A stretch of DNA of 64,000 nt from positions 224,001 to 288,000 of the forward strand of contig CAWGSK010000013.1 in assembly GCA_963825055.1 (NCBI GenBank), read 5' to 3'. The DNA comes from an uncultured Gemmatimonadales bacterium. GTDB taxonomy: Bacteria > Gemmatimonadota > Gemmatimonadetes > Gemmatimonadales > GWC2-71-9. This document shows positions 62,527 through 64,000 of the stretch, in pieces. A program made the translations under genes and the position numbers. The notes beneath the pieces are model-generated. The model was given only the letters and a program-made list of their open reading frames with translations. It ran no database searches and was not told the origin of the DNA. Each line of letters starts with the position of its first letter. Position 1 is the first letter of the stretch.

Positions 62527-64000
62527 CGGAGGGCGTCGGCCCGGGCGGCCCGCGCCCAGGCAGAGGCGCTGTCCGCGCCGGCGTTCACCGCGGGCTGGCG
62601 CAGTCGGCGCCGTTCATCCTCGGCCAGTGCGGCGGCGACAGCGAGGGCGAGCTGGTCGTCGGGATCGGGGGCGGGAGCGAGCAGGTCGGCACGGCGGTCG
62701 AGGAACTGGGTGTCGATCTCGCCGCGCTGAAACGCCCCGTCCCGCATCAGGCGCCGATGGAAGCCCTGGCTGGTCGCCACGCCACTGATGATGAGCTCGT
62801 CGAGCGCGCGGCGCATCCGGGCCACGGCGGCGGCGCGATCCGGCGCCCAGACGACGAGCTTGGCGAGGAGCGAGTCGTAGTAGAGTGTCACGTCGTTGCC
62901 CGTCTCGATCCCGCCGTCCCAGCGTACGCCCGGGCCGGCCGGCGGCCGCAGGTAGGTGACCCGTCCAGTGGTGGGGAGGAACCCGCCGGCGGGGTCCTCG
63001 CTGGTCAGGCGGCACTCGATGGACCAGCCGGCCGGCTCCCGCTCGCCTGCCGGCACCGTCATCGGCAGGCCCGCGGCGATCCTGAGCTGCTCGCGCACCA
63101 GGTCCACGCCGTACACCATCTCGGTGACCGGGTGCTCGACCTGGATCCGCGTGTTCATCTCGAGGAAGTAGAAGCTGCCGTCGTCACCGAGGAGGAACTC
63201 GCAGGTCCCCGCCCCGCGGTAGCCGACCGCCTGCGCAGCCGCGACGGCCGCCTCACCCATCCGCCGGCGAAGTTCCGGCGTGACGGCCGGCGACGGAGCT
63301 TCCTCAACCAGCTTCTGGTGGCGGCGCTGCACCGAGCACTCCCGCTCCCCCAGGTGCACCACGCGCTCATGGTCCGCCAGCACCTGGATTTCCACGTGCC
63401 GGGGCCGCTCGATGTACTTCTCGACGTAGACGCTGCCGTCACCGAACGCCTTGAGCGCTTCGGACGATGCCGCTTCGAGGGCCCGGGCGAGTTCCCCCGG
63501 CTCGTGGACCAGGCGCATCCCCTTGCCGCCGCCACCGGCGGACGCCTTCACCACCACCGGAAACCCGATATCCCGCGCGATCCCCTCGACCGACTCCGCT
63601 CCCGCCGCTGCCACCGTCGTCCCGGGCACGATCGGCACGCCCGCCTCGTCCATCCGGCGCCGCGCTTCCGTCTTGTCACCCATCGCCCGGATGGCGGCGG
63701 CAGGCGGACCGACAAACGTGAGTCCGGCCTCCGTCACCGCGTCGGCAAACTCCGCGCGCTCGGCCAGGAAGCCGTAGCCCGGATGCACCGCCTCCGCGCC
63801 GGCGTGGCGCGCCGCGTCGATCAGGCGGTCGATCCGCAGGTAACTCTCGGCGGCGGGAGCGGGGCCGAGGGCAATGGCCAGGTCGGCGGCTTTCACGTGG
63901 GGACTGGTGCGGTCCGCCTCGGAATAGACCGCGACGGCCTCGAGGCCCTCCTCGTGACAGGCCCGGATGATGCGAAGGGCGATTTCCCCGCGATTGGCGA
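62523..64000 (-). CDS. accC: Biotin carboxylase (partial, start beyond the right edge)
   Basis: ANRGEIALR at the window edge, HPGYGFLAE, GGGGKGMR, ERECSVQRRHQK, EMNTRIQVEHPVTE. Confidence 0.93.
   Translation of the reverse strand, partial: ANRGEIALRIIRACHEEGLEAVAVYSEADRTSPHVKAADLAIALGPAPAAESYLRIDRLIDAARHAGAEAVHPGYGFLAERAEFADAVTEAGLTFVGPPAAAIRAMGDKTEARRRMDEAGVPIVPGTTVAAAGAESVEGIARDIGFPVVVKASAGGGGKGMRLVHEPGELARALEAASSEALKAFGDGSVYVEKYIERPRHVEIQVLADHERVVHLGERECSVQRRHQKLVEEAPSPAVTPELRRRMGEAAVAAAQAVGYRGAGTCEFLLGDDGSFYFLEMNTRIQVEHPVTEMVYGVDLVREQLRIAAGLPMTVPAGEREPAGWSIECRLTSEDPAGGFLPTTGRVTYLRPPAGPGVRWDGGIETGNDVTLYYDSLLAKLVVWAPDRAAAVARMRRALDELIISGVATSQGFHRRLMRDGAFQRGEIDTQFLDRRADLLAPAPDPDDQLALAVAAALAEDERRRLRQPAVNAGADSASAWARAARADALR

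Overview
High-GC bacterial chromosomal window made almost entirely of housekeeping genes; the gene order and sequences suggest Gemmatimonadota (inference). It holds a split trp operon with an inverted lexA and an inserted HEAT-repeat/HD-GYP pair, then truA-htrA-purB-purC-psd-pssA-purSQ-(Zn finger)-purLF-ppdK-lnb-like-purEK, a cysteine desulfurase-like gene, tmRNA and dusB-larB-GGDEF. A long minus-strand run follows: accC-rlmD-like-accB, rplM-rpsI-rpsB-tsf-pyrH-frr-uppS-cdsA-dxr-rseP, rpsO-pnp-M16 peptidase-ald-dut-mreBCD-mrdA-rodA-accD-folC-hisS-proS-lysA-guaA. The main unexplained signal is nine intergenic loci built from 7-, 8- or 9-nt tandem repeats. Every locus has a purine-rich left arm and a pyrimidine-rich right arm, and most abut or contain a stop codon. 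One locus brackets an antisense four-helix-bundle (IVS-protein/Avd-like) gene, so the others look like cargo-less versions of the same element. Also notable: a candidate direct-repeat LexA box (TTCGG-N6-TTCGG) over the lexA promoter, three apparently leaderless genes, and two +1 frameshifts (mrdA, rseP) that are most likely sequencing errors. No CRISPR array, integrase or transposase was seen.
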